Source of the DNA: Tubiluchus corallicola
Taxonomy: Eukaryota; Animalia; Priapulida
Assembly: GCA_030141605.1 (NCBI GenBank)
Contig: JAQGDQ010000896.1
Coordinates: 1-64,000 of the forward strand
Reading direction: 5' to 3'
Length of the DNA: 64,000 nt
Shown here: positions 46,613 through 64,000 of the stretch, in pieces
Layout: the number at the start of each line of letters is the position of its first letter
Numbering within the stretch: the first letter of the stretch is position 1
The notes under the pieces: generated by a model
What the model was told of the DNA's origin: nothing
The model's database searches: none
The model's input: only the letters and a program-made list of their open reading frames with translations
Made by a program: the position numbers and the translations under genes

Positions 46613-47090
46613 AAAACTTTGTTACACATGTATTTAGAATCACGGGGTGGTGCTAGAGCAAAACACTCATGAGTTGTCTTCGTTAAAGCACAAAACTTTG
46701 TTACACATGAATTTAGAATCACGGGGTGGTGCTAGAGCTACACACTCATGAGTTGTCTTCGTTAAAGCACAAGACTTTGTTACACATGAATTTAGAATCA
46801 CGGGGTGGTGCTAGAGCTACACACTCATGAGTTGTCTTCGTTAAAGCACAAAACTTTGTTACACATGAATTTAGAATCACGGGGTGGTGCTAGAGCTACA
46901 CACTCATGAGTTGTCTTCGTTAAAGCACAAGACTTTGTTACACATGAATTTAGAATCACGGGGTGGTGCTAGAGCTACACACTCATGAGTTGTCTTCGTT
47001 AAAGCACAAGACTTTGTTACACATGAATTTAGAATCACGGGGTGGTGCTAGAGCTACACACTCATGAGTTATCTTCGTTAAAGCCCAAGA
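46613..47090. repeat. 79-bp minisatellite, 6 copies
   Basis: ACTTTGTTACACATG.ATTTAGAATCACGGGGTGGTGCTAGAGC... at 46616, 46695, 46774 and onward. Confidence 0.95.
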
Positions 47091-47572
47091 AAACAGTCCT
47101 CATAAACAAAGCCTAAAAATTTTGAAATTTTATGTCAGTTACCTGCTGTCTTTTTGCGTACGGGGCTTGCGCCCATAGTAACACTACATAATTTACAAGT
47201 AACACTACTTGTAAATTTGAAATCTGGCGATAATGGCTGAGCCTAGTCAATTTAAAAAAAAAGCCATTTTCAGACAACATTGTGTTAAAGTTTTAAAAAA
47301 TCATCAGAGCATTCATAGCACATTCGTTGTTGCTAACTAAGCAAAACTTTAAATTACTTCATATTGTAAGATTATCAATGTGTTTTTTGTGAAGAATGGT
47401 GCACACTGGGATGGCAATACAATGACGTTTTATCCGGTGGTGTGAATATTTTAAATTAAGAATTTTCTTTTCCAGTTGTATATATAAGTTGTGCAAATGG
47501 GTAACTGTAATGCTAAAATAATATAACTATGTATGGACAGTTTTTGGGACGTAGTTTCAAACTGCCCTTTCT

Positions 47573-48312
47573 TTCCCTTCAAGCTTCCCTGCATTGTTTA
47601 GTGTTCCCCTTCAAGCTTTTCTGCATTGTTTAGTGTTCCCCTTCAAGCTTTTCTGCATTGTTTAGTGTTCCCCTTCAAGCTTTACTGCATTGTTTAGTGT
47701 TCCCCCTTCAAGCTTTCCTGCATTGTTTAGTGTTCCCCCTTCAAGCTTTCCTGCATTGTTTAGTGTTCCCCTTCAAGCTTTCCTGCATTGTTTAGTGTTC
47801 CCCTTCAAGCTTTTCTGCATTGTTTAGTGTTCCCCCTTCAAGCTTTCCTGCATTGTTTAGTGTTCCCCCTTCAAGCTTTCCTGCATTTTTTAGTGTTCAC
47901 CTTCAAGCTTTCCTGCATTGTTTAGTGTTCCCCCTTCAAGCTTTCCTGCATTGTTTAGTGTTCCCCCTTCAAGCTTTCCTGCATTTTTTAGTGTTCCCCT
48001 TCAAGCTTTCCTGCATTTTTTAGTGTTCACCTTCAAGCTTTCCTGCATTGTTTAGTGTTCCCATTGAAGCTTTCCTGCATTGTTTAGTGTTCCCCTTCAA
48101 GCTTTCCTGCATTGTTTAGTGTTCCCCTTGAAGCTTTCCTGCATTGTTTAGTGTTCCCCTTGAAGCTTTCCTGCATTGTTTAGTGTTCCCCTTGAAGCTT
48201 TCCTGCATTGTTTAGTGTTCCCCTTGAAGCTTTCCTGCATTGTTTAGTGTTCCCCTTGAAGCTTTCCTGCATTGTTTAGTGTTCCCCTTCAAGCTTTCCT
48301 GCATTGTTTAAT
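47573..48312. repeat. 32/33-bp minisatellite, ~23 copies
   Basis: GTGTTCCCC(C)TTCAAGCTTTCCTGCATTGTTTA. Confidence 0.95.
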
Positions 48313-48600
48313 GTTTATAGCACGTACTTAACAAGTTATAGAAATCTAATCAAAACCAAGAACAATATAATTTTCAGGTGATCTATTTTTATTCATCAGA
48401 AAGTTACAAATGAGAAGAATAGTAATTTAACAGATAAATAAACCATTTATTTACATCATGTCTGGTGTTTTTCATCTTAATGCAAATTCTTTGTTTATAT
48501 ATTTTATTTTACTATCTTTTAAGCAAAATAACTAAGATTAGTAGAATGATGATGATGAAATGAAACGTATATGTCTTATATGTATAACTTTTGGGAAGCG

Positions 48601-49337
48601 ATAAGTGTTTATTCATGACAAATGGCTGCTCAACTCACACAATAAGTGTTTGTTCATGACAACTGGCTGCTCAACTCACACAATAAGTGTTTGTTCATGA
48701 CAAATGGCTGCTCAACTCACACAATAAGTGTTTGTTCATGACAAATGGCTGCTCAACTCACACAATAAGTGTTTGTTCATGACAAATGGCTGCTAAACTC
48801 ACACAATAAGTGTTTGTTCATGACAACTGGCTGCTCAACTCACACAATAAGTGTTTATTCATGACAACTGGCTGCTCAACGCACACAATAAGTGTTTGTT
48901 CATGACAACTGGCTGCTCAACCCACACAATAAGTGTTTGTTCATGACAAATGGCTGCTCAACTCACACAATAAGTGTTTGTTCATGACAAATGGCTGCTC
49001 AACTCACACAATAAGTGTTTGTTCATGACAAATGGCTGCTCAACTCACACAATAAGTGTTTGTTCATGACAACTGGCTGCTCAACTCACACAATAAGTGT
49101 TTGTTCATGACAACTGGCTGCTCAACTCACACAATAAGTATTTGTTCATGACAAATGGCTGCTCAACTCACACAATAAGTGTTTGTTCATGACAAATGGC
49201 TGCTCAACTCACACAATAAGTGTTTGTTCATGACAACTGGCTGCTCAACTCACACAATAAGTGTTTGTTCATGACAACTGGCTGCTCAACTCACACAATA
49301 AGTATTTGTTCATGACAAATGGCTGCTCAAGTCACAC
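48601..49337. repeat. 41-bp minisatellite, ~18 copies
   Basis: ATAAGTGTTTGTTCATGACAA(A/C)TGGCTGCTCAACTCACACA. Confidence 0.95.
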
Positions 49338-52300
49338 CTTTTGCTTTTTACAATAAATTCTAAACAAAAAATATTTAAAATGCAATAAAATTACGAAATG
49401 ACAAATAACAGCATAAAATTTTCTAATTCTAATAAAGTGATAAAACTCTACAATAACAGTTTTAGTGTAATTTTACATTTTTATAAATTTACAAGTATGG
49501 TTGCTTTTCAGACAGGGAAAATTTTTATACATGATCTAGTTTCTGTCAAAATTTTACATTAAATTGATTACATGGCACTCTGTGAAAAGCTGCTAATAAA
49601 ACAAACGTGTCGGAAATTGAATATGAATTCACAGCAAACGTTGTTGGGCATTCGGGCTAGCTGTCTGAATTAATGTAAACAGTCATAAACCCTGTTTACA
49701 CTGGACAGAAAATACCACACCCGGTGGGGACATATCTGGATCTAATGCAACATACAGTCACACAGCCAGAAAGACTACTACGGACAGGGTTGGACTATCA
49801 TATAGCAGAGTACAGGCTGCAGCCTAGGGTCTTTTAAACTTGGAGGGTCAAGGTTTGGTAATAATTGGAAAAAGTCCATTACCGTTGTGTTGAAGTATGT
49901 GCTAATTTAGTTGGGAATAAATAGTAAAATAGGGTATTTCTTAAATAATATGTTTATTGGCAAACAAAAGATAACTTTTCTAGTTTATTTAAAGAATTTG
50001 CAATAAGTTTATTTCAAACTATGTAAATGTTGCTGAAACACACCAGGAGCGAAAAATATTCAAGACGGGTGCGAGTGATTTAGAGAGTGGCTCCATCTCA
50101 GTAGTGGCATAATTCAACAGCCTAACTGTCTAGGGGCCCCAAGAGGTCAACATCCCGCTCTGAATACGAGTAGTGAACTTTTCGGATTACTTTCCTAATG
50201 TGATCCTGGAAGATTAATACATTCAGGACCTGGATTGTAATGAAAAAAGCAAATTACCTCATGATGTATCTTTTTGCTATGCACAGTACAGCTCTTCATT
50301 TCATTGTTAATGACACAAAGGCAAAAATAAGTCCACATATCTACATGCTGTTCTACATGTGAACAGTGGCACAAACTAACAAAGTCATTAAAGGTGTGAA
50401 AAGTATTAAGATCATCCAGGATGTGTCCAGTATCTTCTCTCGTCATGTAAACAGGGCTTTATAACCAAGCCTTAAGCTTCAATAATTTGTTTAAAGTTTA
50501 AAATGAATACTATATTGGGTGGCGCAGAAAAAATGTGCCGAAATGAAAAAAATGTGTTTAGACAATGCATTAGTTTTTGACTGAAAAAGTTACGAATTTA
50601 TAGTTTCGGTAGGTTTTCAAGTTTCGGTTAAGAAAGTTTTGCATGTTAAAAAATTAAATGCCAGAACAATATCAGCTATAGTCATCAACTGAAAAACAGC
50701 TGTGTTGTGTGTAAAGTATCCAGTAGATGGCAGCACCACAATAAAGAAATCAATCACTTTACATCATTGTCTTCACTAGAAAAGATAAACCACTGATAAA
50801 GATGTTTTATCAAGAAAAATGGGACTCGATTCTCTGGGTTGTGGTGTCCAGAATTCCTTAAAGGGAGTGTACAGTGGCTGCACAGAACCGTTTGATGCAG
50901 AGGAACAAAAGGTTTAAATGGTTGAGTACTAAACACCCCCTTTTAAAAAACTGAAAAAGCTATTGGATAAAATGCCTTCGTTTAGTTTGCAGTAAAAATG
51001 GTGGACACATAGTGCACTGCTGTAACTTTTAGCAATAGTGGCAAAAATTTTTTCTGGCATTTAGTTTATTAACTTGCTGATTAAACTCCTCTATCTTTGG
51101 ACAATTCCAAGGGAAATATCCTAACATTTTTACTCTTTATACATAAATGTGTGTCACATCAATGTGGCAATTTTCAAGATTCCATCATTTTTTTTCTAGT
51201 GATATCGTGATCAAATCTTTGGTACTTTCTGCACTACATGATTTATCAGTACGGCAAATTCTCTGAATGCATCTAGCGAATTTCGTAGCACATGATGTGC
51301 CCTGGTGCCCAACTTACAAACTATTCTAAAAAATTCTTGAGAGCAGTGTCCGCGCCACCTGCTGGTAGTCACCACAGTCAATATTTCTTCACAATCTTAT
51401 TTACAATGTTATTAAAGTGTAACCTGTTGTGTTATTAGCAGGCATTCGTGGAGGGCAGCACAAGTTCAACTTAAGTTGGAACAAGTTTGTACAAACTCAC
51501 TCTACACCTAGGATAAACAGACGTTTGTGAAGAAACATTGAGTAAGCGTTACCTGCAGGAATTCTATATTGGAATACATTCCATTAGGATAAATCTGTAA
51601 ATGTACAATTAACGTAATAATGAATGTAATTAATAACAATTACAATTTATAATTACAATATCGTGAATCTACAAATATAGCTAATGTTATCTCAAGCTGT
51701 CATTAACCACACAGTGCTCATCCAGCTTACAGGTTACAATGATTTATAAATACATAAAATGAACATTTAAATTGTGTTATGTATAAACCTCACAATAATG
51801 AAAAATTTATTATTACTTAATTTTAATTAAGAGATGCTAGACTTAAGTTTTAATGTAAACTGTGTAAAAATTCAGTTAAAGGCCAACTAAGTAAGTGTCA
51901 AAGTTTTCCCTGAAAACAGTAATTTGAGAAAAAGAGTATCTTTGTGGTGAAATGGATAGCATAACCCTATAATGGTTATAAAAAAGATGGTCTTGGTTCA
52001 AACTTAGTGGAAGGGCAACTTTTTTCAGACTTTCTAATTTAGCCTAGTTTTCATGGATTATATGAACAGTTCATGTAAAATGCCAATATCAATACAATTA
52101 GCGTAGCTGATCAGATTTGCACGTTTTGAAAAGAATGTAAGTTGATGATGACTGCAAAACGGTCAAAGGTTAAGCGAACTAGACAACACATTTGTGTACA
52201 CGTGACATCGCAGCCCATGCTAGTGTAATAGTAACAGTTTTAACAGCTAGCTAGAACCTTACCTAGTTCATTTTTTCTTGTTCTCAAACAAGATGCAGCT

Positions 52301-53056
52301 AGTAAATCACTCTACACACAGACTAATGCATAATCAAGTAGTAAAGTCCACGTAATACAACAAGGAAATAGTGTCGCAAATGAAGTTGCTGAACCAATGC
52401 GGCAGACAGCTTTGTTTGCTGGGGTTCACTTAACCTTTGACATACAAGAACTGCGCATGAGCATAGCAAAACTGTGAAAAGGCTTACAGGTGTGCTGCCA
52501 TCACATTACAGCTCCCACGTTGATGTTTTTGTTAGATAAATGAGTGAATCATTAAGATTTTACGGAGACAAGATCGTAGGACGAGCAAAACGACACCCTA
52601 CTTCATTGTCACCTACTGAGTTGGCCTTTCAGTATGATCTCAAACTCTTCAGAAAACGGAACAATAATGCACTAGCAACTTTTTCTATTATTTCCAGATT
52701 TTTCTGGTTATCCTTTGTTTAATACGGACGATGTGCGATTAATAACGCCCTGAGAATAACTTCTACACAGACTCGGTTATAACCAATATACACATTGGAA
52801 TCAAAATGGCCAATATTAAAAGCTAATCTGACATTACAAAGCAAAACGTCTCTGCAAAACGCACTTTTATACATGCAAAATAAATTCACTTCAAATAGCT
52901 TAAAATAAATACTGTAAGTTCAGTAATAATGATAAAAAACAGGTAAAGGACAGCACAAATTTCAGATGCAGCAAAAAATGATTCATTGTCAATTTCTTAA
53001 TTGCAAAATCCGCAATCTGTCTGTGATTGATTGACATGATTGGCTTTTTGCAAACC

Positions 53057-53764
53057 TTAAAGGAAAACAGGACTATTTTTCAGATCGTTTTCTATTTAAT
53101 CTAATTTACTTTTTTATTCCAAAATGCCATCAATAATACATTGTTACATGCATTACAGTCAAGATATTTCTACTACAAAACAGAACAAAATTTAAAGTTT
53201 CACCAGATATTGAGATACAGGGCAAGAAGGTAGACTTGTACAGGCCTGAATTTACATTTTATCATCTGTAAAAAAGCCAAAATGTTTCTGATAATTAAAT
53301 ATTAGCTTAGAAATCTAATTAACTGCCAGTGAGCACAGTTCTTGATGACTTTACAACTGAACATAATTCTCTGAGAGCAGAAACATTCCTTGTACACAGT
53401 TGGATGCCTATCCAAGAGCAAAACTGAATATAGTACTAGTGTACTGTACCCACACCAATTAAGCAAATTTTAAGCAAAAGAAACTTAAATTCCAAATTTA
53501 CTGCAGTGTTAACACATCACTTCACAAGACTGTGTCTCATCACAAGTTAAGTGTTTTTCTGATCAGTACAGTGCCTATTTTTTGTACATTTTACGCTTAT
53601 GAGGTAGGCACTGTCGTCCATCTAACCAGGTTTCTACATAACAAGTCATTCTTGCAAAACAATATTTTCTCTCTCAATATTTTATTTTATGAGTTAGATA
53701 ATTTTGGGGCCTGTTATGGCATAATAATAATAATGGCATAAAATTGCGTCCTGTTTTCCTTTAA
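53057..53764. mobile_element. Kolobok/T2-like non-autonomous element, 700 bp plus TTAA TSDs
   Basis: TTAA-AGGAAAACAGGAC (53061) ... GTCCTGTTTTCCT (53760)-TTAA: a perfect 13-bp TIR. Confidence 0.8.
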
Positions 53765-54933
53765 CTTTTCAAGAAAGTTAACTATGGTTGAAAAGAAAAC
53801 ACTGCAATATTAATCATCATCAGATAGTTCAGAACATAAAAACAGAGCTAGGAGGGAATGTAACAATATATAATACTGTCACTTATTAAATAATAAATAA
53901 ACAATAATTAAGAGCCTGAGGTAAACTTGCAGTAAATGCCCTATTATGTCAGTAATTAAAATTAATAAATTTTATTTATCCGTTTGATGCATTAAGTACC
54001 AAAAAATGATTCTACAACTGAACTGCTGAGATCCGAATGCTGCGAAACACAGTAAAACCTTATAATGATTATGGTGATTCTGTGATATATATACATATAC
54101 AACAGAGTGAACTACAACACCCATAACTCTTTATAAAAACCGCTACGATTAAAACAGCTAAAAACAAATGGCGCATGATAACAACAACAACAATAACAAT
54201 AATAACAATAGAAGTGTAAAGATAATCAAATATACAAGGTATTTTAAATAAAGGTTTCTAATGTGTCTCGGCTACACTTTCTAATCCAGGATGATGTAGG
54301 ATGACGATCATGAATAGAAAAAGTGGATAGGAGGGGCAGTAAAAAGTTGGGAGATTATTGGCCAGCTTCACTTATCAAACAAATCTGCCTTTTAATGAAA
54401 AATATTACTAAAAGCCACTATTTGTGAAAACATAGTAATAAAATTCTCTTACCTTTAGTTATGAAAAGTGTCAAAACTTAGTGAAAAAAACCACAATGTA
54501 GTGGCCCAAAAATTTAATCAAACATTTATATAAGTCACTAGGTTTACATAAAACAATAGAGTAGTCTAGCAGAGACAATTAATGTACCATATAAATAAAA
54601 ACTTTTTACTAGGTTCAAATTATTAACTGTAAATACAAAGTAGAGATATACATACATTTACATGTATATTATAATGTAGGTAAAACAAATGCAGATAAAT
54701 ATGTATGTAAGCAAAGCTCTGCAAAAAGTAAAGTTAATAATATACACACACCACAATGATAGTTCTGCTCCAAACAAATGATCACAGATGATTGTTTTCA
54801 CAAAACAGTGCGAGATTCTTAAAAATTTGCACACTAGATGGCAGCTGCAATAATTTCCATCAATGCTGTAGAAAGCATTACGTTTATAAGACGCAACTAA
54901 TTATAAGACTACATTAGCTTCCCCCATCAAGTA

Positions 54934-55185
54934 GGGGCCATTCAAAAATTACCAAGCACAATTTTGATCATTTTTGTACACTCTCCCCCTTGTCACAGCA
55001 TATAACATGTTCAGAAACTTCCTAGAAATTACATAATGGCAGCTATAGTAGCCCTCATTGTAGGTTTCTGTTTTAGAAATGTAGGAGTTTTTGGACTGAC
55101 GGATTAACTAAGCCTTAAAGTGTCAAATGAACCACTTCATCACTACTCCATACTCTTACGCATTACGTAATTTTTGAACAGCCCC
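54934..55185. mobile_element. PIF/Harbinger-like MITE
   Basis: TA-GGGGCCATTCAAAAATTAC ... GTAATTTTTGAACAGCCCC-TA; the superfamily assignment is tentative. Confidence 0.65.
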
Positions 55186-55417
55186 TAAGCAAAATTGCTT
55201 TGCAAGACATGCTGCCATCTAGCATCAGGAAATTGTACGAAATCAGCTATGAGCGTTAATACATAATTTCTAGGCTTTGTACTTACAAAATAGACTAACC
55301 TTTATGTGAGATTTTTTTTCTTACAAACAAAACGGCCTAGTTGGCTTCCACTGATTGCATCATCTTCATGCAATCATGTGCACAGTATGCATCATCTGAT
55401 TAATTAAGCATGTTCAA

Positions 55418-58611
<3,194 letters not shown>

Positions 58612-60179
58612 TTAGAATTTTTCGTTCAAACTAAATTGAGTCCTGACTTTTTCGAATTTTGTTCCGTTCCATCAACTTTGGTTTCTGAGACTTAATAACT
58701 GAGAATTAATTCCACCAAAAATTAAGATGCTAATTTAAAGTATTCCATTTATTATAGCACTGTAATGTATTGTTGATTTGTAATTGTATAACTTGTATTG
58801 TGCTAAATAAATAAATCTAAATCTAAAATCTAAATTATTAAATGTTTGAACCAAGCCAGAGGCTGTACAGTAAAAAAGAGAAAAAGTCGATTTTGCTCAA
58901 AAATTCATGTAAAATGCCAAAGGATTACCATAACAGATGTTAAACAATATAAGGAAAAAATAATTTCCTTTGTCAAATTAGTTGTGAAACAAGTTTTTTG
59001 CATCTTCTGTGTTGTGAAATTCAGTAGGTTTTATACTTAACAACACAATGGCACTTCAGTACTTGCTACTTAAACATACCAACAACATGGGTGGAAAATT
59101 AGAAATCATTGTGTTGTGTTGAAAAGACTGGGTGTAGTATGAAATGATAGTGAGCTACTATGAAACTTGTTTAGTGTTGCATTCGAGTCCTCTAATAATC
59201 CTCTTCACAGTTTCATTGTGCACAAGTGCAGCTGCTGTAGGTCAAATGTAAGTATTCCACAGCAATGCATCGTAACTACAACTGAAACGTGACTTGCAGG
59301 TAAAGCAAAACCGTCTGCCACATCAGTTCGGTACCTCAAGTTGTTTCATGTGGACTTTACTTAATTATGCATTGGTCTGTATGTAAAGTGATTTACTAGT
59401 GGTATCTTGCTTGGAACAAGAAAAAATGAACTAGGAAAGGTTCTAGCTAGTTGCTAAAACTGTTACTTTTACAAAACCTTGGGGTGTGTGGCATTCTCAC
59501 AAATGTATCGTTTGGTGCAATTAACCTTTGACCTTTACATGATCATCATTAATTGCTGAAATTGTGAAAAGGCTTATTAAAATAAGCTTCAATTTTACTT
59601 TACTCATGCATTAAACCAATTCATATATTATTTTGTCAGATTCGCCTAAAACGTAGTGTTATGATGCGGGTATAGATTTGCCTTGTTATTGATTTTGCTG
59701 GCACACGGAAAAGAGGTGGTAGTATTTGCCTACGTCTGCAAATTACCCAAGAATGATTTTAACTACCGTGCAATAAATTTTTAGGACGTGAGCATTTTGA
59801 TGACATAGTAAATCGTATCAGATGGCAATTTGAGAAAAGTATAAAAATGGTTTTTGTGCACTAGTGTTTAGATGCTATTAGATGCGCATTTGTCTATATG
59901 CTATCTAAATAGCATTGAGATTTTTTGTACTTATTTTGCCTAGAAATGAACTTTGTTGATTTTTATCCAGATTTCAACATCTTAGTACAATTAGTGCTCA
60001 TTTTCCAGTATAAACTGCTGTCTTGGACAACTTGAACAACAAATACCTGTTTCTGTAAATACATAATAGTCGATATTCATTTCACTAGCTAAGGAAATTC
60101 AATTTGCATTTTAATACTAAAGATAACATAGGATGCAGATGCAACATCTACAAGAAACTGGCATCTTAATTGCAAAAAT

Positions 60180-60432
60180 TGTAATTCGTCTGCTTTCTGT
60201 CTGGGAGGTCATGAGTTCAAACCAGCGGCCGGGTCATACCAAAGACTTTAAAAATGGTACCTGCTGTTGCCCTACCTGACGCGTGGTATTTAGGATAAAA
60301 GTGGGGTAATAATAGTCTCTGTTATGTAGTTGTAGGTTGTTATTTACAGTCGGCGATAATAGCTCTTTGAGCTAATGTTAATTGTTGACCCAAAAGCCGA
60401 CTTTAAATAAAGATTATTATTATTATTATTAT
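60180..60432 (+). mobile_element. tRNA-derived SINE with conserved core and (TTA)n tail
   Basis: B-box GAGTTCAAACC, core CCGGGTCATACCAAAGACTTTAAAAATGGTACCTGCTGTTGCCCT, tail AAATAAAGATTATTATT. Confidence 0.8.
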
Positions 60433-61939
60433 AATAAAAAACTCTGTACAATAAACAATAATGTCAATTTACCAACTTCAAGTTAACTCAGCCCAACAAA
60501 CATTCATAAAACAACCTCAACTATGACATCTCTTATTTAATAAAATGGATTTAGTTCCTCATCTTGATAGCACATAAAATATGTCACTGGAGAAGTGTGC
60601 CAAATGCCTAGAATGTCCACTGCTGCCAAAATTGCTAATGCAAGAAATGGGACAACAAGAATTGAAATCTGTCACATATTTATGGTAAAAGTAAGAATTA
60701 CTAAGAAAAACGTGTACTGTATGTAACACCATGCTAATGGGTAATGAGAATTTTCCTAAAAGGCACAATCCTATGGATTAAAATAATAATACATGTACTG
60801 TATAACTTTTAACTAAATCCAATAAAAATGTCATTGCAGAAGTAAACATGTTTACTTGCAAAACAAGTGAAAACACTTATTCGTGAGACATTATAATGCA
60901 CGCATTTATACGCTACACTTGAAAGCTACGACTGCATGCTTGGATTGTCTAACTGAATCTGGATAGTAATCCCTTGACTAATGCATTATTCAACGTTGAT
61001 AGAACAAGGTCAAATTACTATAGCCAGGAGTTAAAGTGAAAAGGGAGCACTATTACAGCAAGGAGGAGATTACCGTGGAGGCTTCCAATCTTTGCATTAC
61101 TCATTCATATTGCTTGCAATTCAATAATGACTACTGTTATGCAATCAGAGAGCAATTCTGAGCTATTAATGAACATGTACCAACAGGCTCAGAATCAAAC
61201 ATCGAAGAGCTGCAGGAATAGCTAAGATGAACTCTGAACATTTGAACGAGGAAGCCATGGCATTAATAATAAAGCTATGAATATCAGTAAAGCTCTTTTT
61301 GAAGCCATTTTTTACTCAAAAGGCCAGTCAAGATAAGGGTCTACAAAAATATGAACACATATTGGGTGATTTTCGTTTGGCGTAGAGTAATGACAGACAG
61401 TAAAGAACGGCGAAACAATAGAACCTTACACCAAGAGAAACTGAAACAAATAAAAAATCGATTGCTATCGAAATAGGCATTTTGAACAGTTTAAAAAAAA
61501 TCATTCCAAATTTTTAAAACACTCTAAAAATACCATTTTTAATGGTGTATTTCATGGGTGTATTCTATATTGTGTGATAGGTATGTGTTATTTATGAGAT
61601 GCCTAATTGTAATATCTGTATTGTATTACTTTTCCTTGTTTTGATCTTAAGTACTAATTTTTTACGTATATATTTGTTTGTGTCAGTGTGCACTAATCCT
61701 ATAATTGTAATTTAATTTTTTTCTAGATAATTTTGTACTTTTTTATAATTTTTTGTACTATATGTTCAAAATAAATGATTTAAATATATAAAACTGAGAA
61801 GACCATAATTGTGGGATGTCTTCCCAAGTTTTTTACGATGTGTGAGAATGCCGTCAATGGAGCGTGCTGGTTTTGTTAGCCAGTCAAAAACATTCCTGAA
61901 GGAATTCTATCCAGGGACAATATGGAAAGAAATGAGTTA

Positions 61940-62270
61940 AAAACCTGTCAGACCCGCTCTAATCTACGGGGTGGAAGCAGCTTCTCTAAAGAAGACCAAA
62001 GAGAAGAAAATGGGTGTGGTGGAGATGAGGATGTTGAGATGGATGGTGGGAATAACAAGAAGAGATAAAATTAGAAATAATAATATCAGAGGAACACTAA
62101 AAGTAGTGGACGCCTCGCAAGATTGCGATGGTATGGACACCTGAAAAGAAGAGTCGGTGAAGATCATGTGGGAAGGAAAGACATAAATGAAGAGATGGTC
62201 AACAGCAGGAATGCGTGGAGAAGACTCACTCACAGCGGCGACCCTGCATAGGGAAAAGCTGGGAAGAAGA
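61940..62270 (+). mobile_element. RTE-clade LINE 3' remnant (degenerate ORF C-terminus and 3' end)
   Basis: Translates as VRPALIYGVEA..KKMGVVEMRMLRWMVGITRRDKIRN..IRG, then (frameshift) RLRWYGHLKRR, typical of the RTE post-RT region; ends CGGCGACCC..GGGAAAAGCTGGGAAGAAGA. Confidence 0.8.
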
Positions 62271-62454
62271 TTTGATTAGCATAAAACTCTTTCAAAATGA
62301 TTATAATGAAAATGTATAGAACAGTGCATAAGAAAAGGTGATTTCTCTAATGTAGAACAGGAATGCAGACAAACTTGGTTATAATGGCCCCCTTTATGAT
62401 GCCAATCTCTCTTAATGCCCATATTTTTAGCCAAACAAAAAGTCTACATTTGCA

Positions 62455-63085
62455 AAGATATGTATGTATTAATGTGTCTTGTTATGTATGTATTAATGTG
62501 CCTTGTTATGCATGTATTAATGCGCCTTGTTATGTATGCATTAATGCGCCTTGTTATGTATGTATTAATGTGTCTTGTTACGTATATATTAATGCGCCTT
62601 GTTATGTATGTATTAATGTGCCTTGTTATGTATGTATTAATGTGCCTTGTTATGTATGTATTAATGTGCCTTGTTATGTATGTATTAATGTGTCTTGTTA
62701 TGTATGTATTAATGCACCTTGTTATCTATGTATTAGTGTCTTCCTATGCATGTATTAATGCGCCTTGTTATGTATGTATTAATGGGCCTTGTTATGTATG
62801 TATTAATGCACCTTGTTATGTATGTATTAATGTGTCTTGTTATGTATGTATTAATGCACCTTGTTATGTATGTATTAATGCGCCTTGTTATGTATGTATT
62901 AAAGTGTCTTGCTATGTATGTATTAAAGTGTCTTGCTATGTATGTATTAATGCACCTTGTTATGTATGTATTAATGCACCTTGTTAAGTATGTATTAATG
63001 TGTCTTGTTATGTATGTATTAATGCATCTTGTTATGTATGTATTAATGCGCATTGTTATGTATGTATTAATGTGTCTTGTTATAA
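62455..63085. repeat. 24-bp minisatellite, ~26 copies
   Basis: TATGTATGTATTAATG(T/C)G(T/C)CTTGT. Confidence 0.95.
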
Positions 63086-64000
63086 TGGCAAACTCTCTAT
63101 AATGCCAACTTTTTTTGCCTTTCCAGAGCAGGAGGTATAAAGAGGTTCCATGTGGATTATGTTTTTTATAGTTTATACGATGCAAAAATTTCTATTCTGC
63201 CGTTCATCTTACTGAAATCGACAGATCTTCACAGTTTATTAAACTGTAAATGCATGTGGATATTCCAAGACTTTTACAAAACTGCACTACAGTGTGTAAC
63301 ACAGTAGAAAAGCTGACAAGAAAAATTTACCAGTTTCTGCAGTTGTACAGAAAACAGAATCAGCGGTATCACAGAATCAGCGATACTCAAGACATGATTA
63401 ACGCGACGAAGAGAGGCATTCGGTGAAAAATACCGGCTATTACCTCGTAATGGTTTACCGCCAACGTCTAATGATTTTTTAGAAACATTAGGCTAAATGG
63501 TGTTTTGTCATGCATTAAAGCAATTTTGACGCCAATAAATCTACAACAGCGCCGAAGGCAGCAATTACAGGAGTCACGTGCATAATTAGCATAACTTATG
63601 TAGTGTGGTGGCTTATATTAATACAAGCCTAAAATGAACTAATGAAAAGCTGTGATTACAGGCAGTATGGCGGTATTATTTAAAATGATTAGTTTGTATT
63701 TAAAGTCAAACTAAATTCTTACTATATTATTATATTATTATTGCCGAATCCTGTTAACCATGCTACTCAGACTGCAATAGAGCTGGACCAGTCGTTTTAA
63801 TTTTTGATTATTCATAAAAATCGTTGTTTGATATTTGATTAAAGGCTCAGTTTGTCATTTTCGCAGGCAGTAGTGTATTGTTCGACATCAGTGAATGACT
63901 CAATCTGGTTTTTTTTACAAACACTGTCTAATTTATACTTTTGTATAACTCGAACAAATTTTCTGGTCCCGAGGTGTTCGAGTTAAGCGTAATTTACTGC

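Noticed and set aside
46613-49337. CRISPR array candidates (32-, 41- and 79-bp periodicity)
   Set aside because: Head-to-tail tandem repeats with no unique spacers
62363-63185. Cys-rich ORFs with YVCINAPC repeats
   Set aside because: A 24-bp minisatellite open in several frames, not a real EGF- or metallothionein-like gene

Overview
This is AT-rich eukaryotic (invertebrate animal-like) genomic DNA, not prokaryotic. Hand-splicing supports four protein-coding genes. (1) A complete 11-exon MFSD4A-like MFS transporter (+, 4697-39235, about 569 aa) with a ~24.9 kb first intron. (2, 3) An intronless COX20 ORF (+, 43372-43719) followed only 43 bp later by an intronless HGH1 ORF (+, 43763-44851). 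(4) The last three coding exons of a CaMKI-type kinase (-, 55418-58591), whose 5' exons were not found and probably lie beyond the window. The non-coding DNA is crowded with micro- and minisatellites, tRNA-derived SINEs, an RTE-type LINE remnant and many non-autonomous DNA transposons (TTAA/AGG Kolobok-like, TA Tc1/pogo-like, 8-bp-TSD hAT-like, Harbinger-like), some of them nested. The strongest candidate for something undescribed is the COX20-HGH1 pair, which looks like an animal bicistronic or operon-like unit: the spacer has no poly(A) signal and no AG, and the pair appears to share a 41-nt 5'UTR micro-intron and one downstream AATAAA. Gene names rest on recalled family motifs, not database searches. 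Most long ORFs in the supplied track are repeat artefacts.
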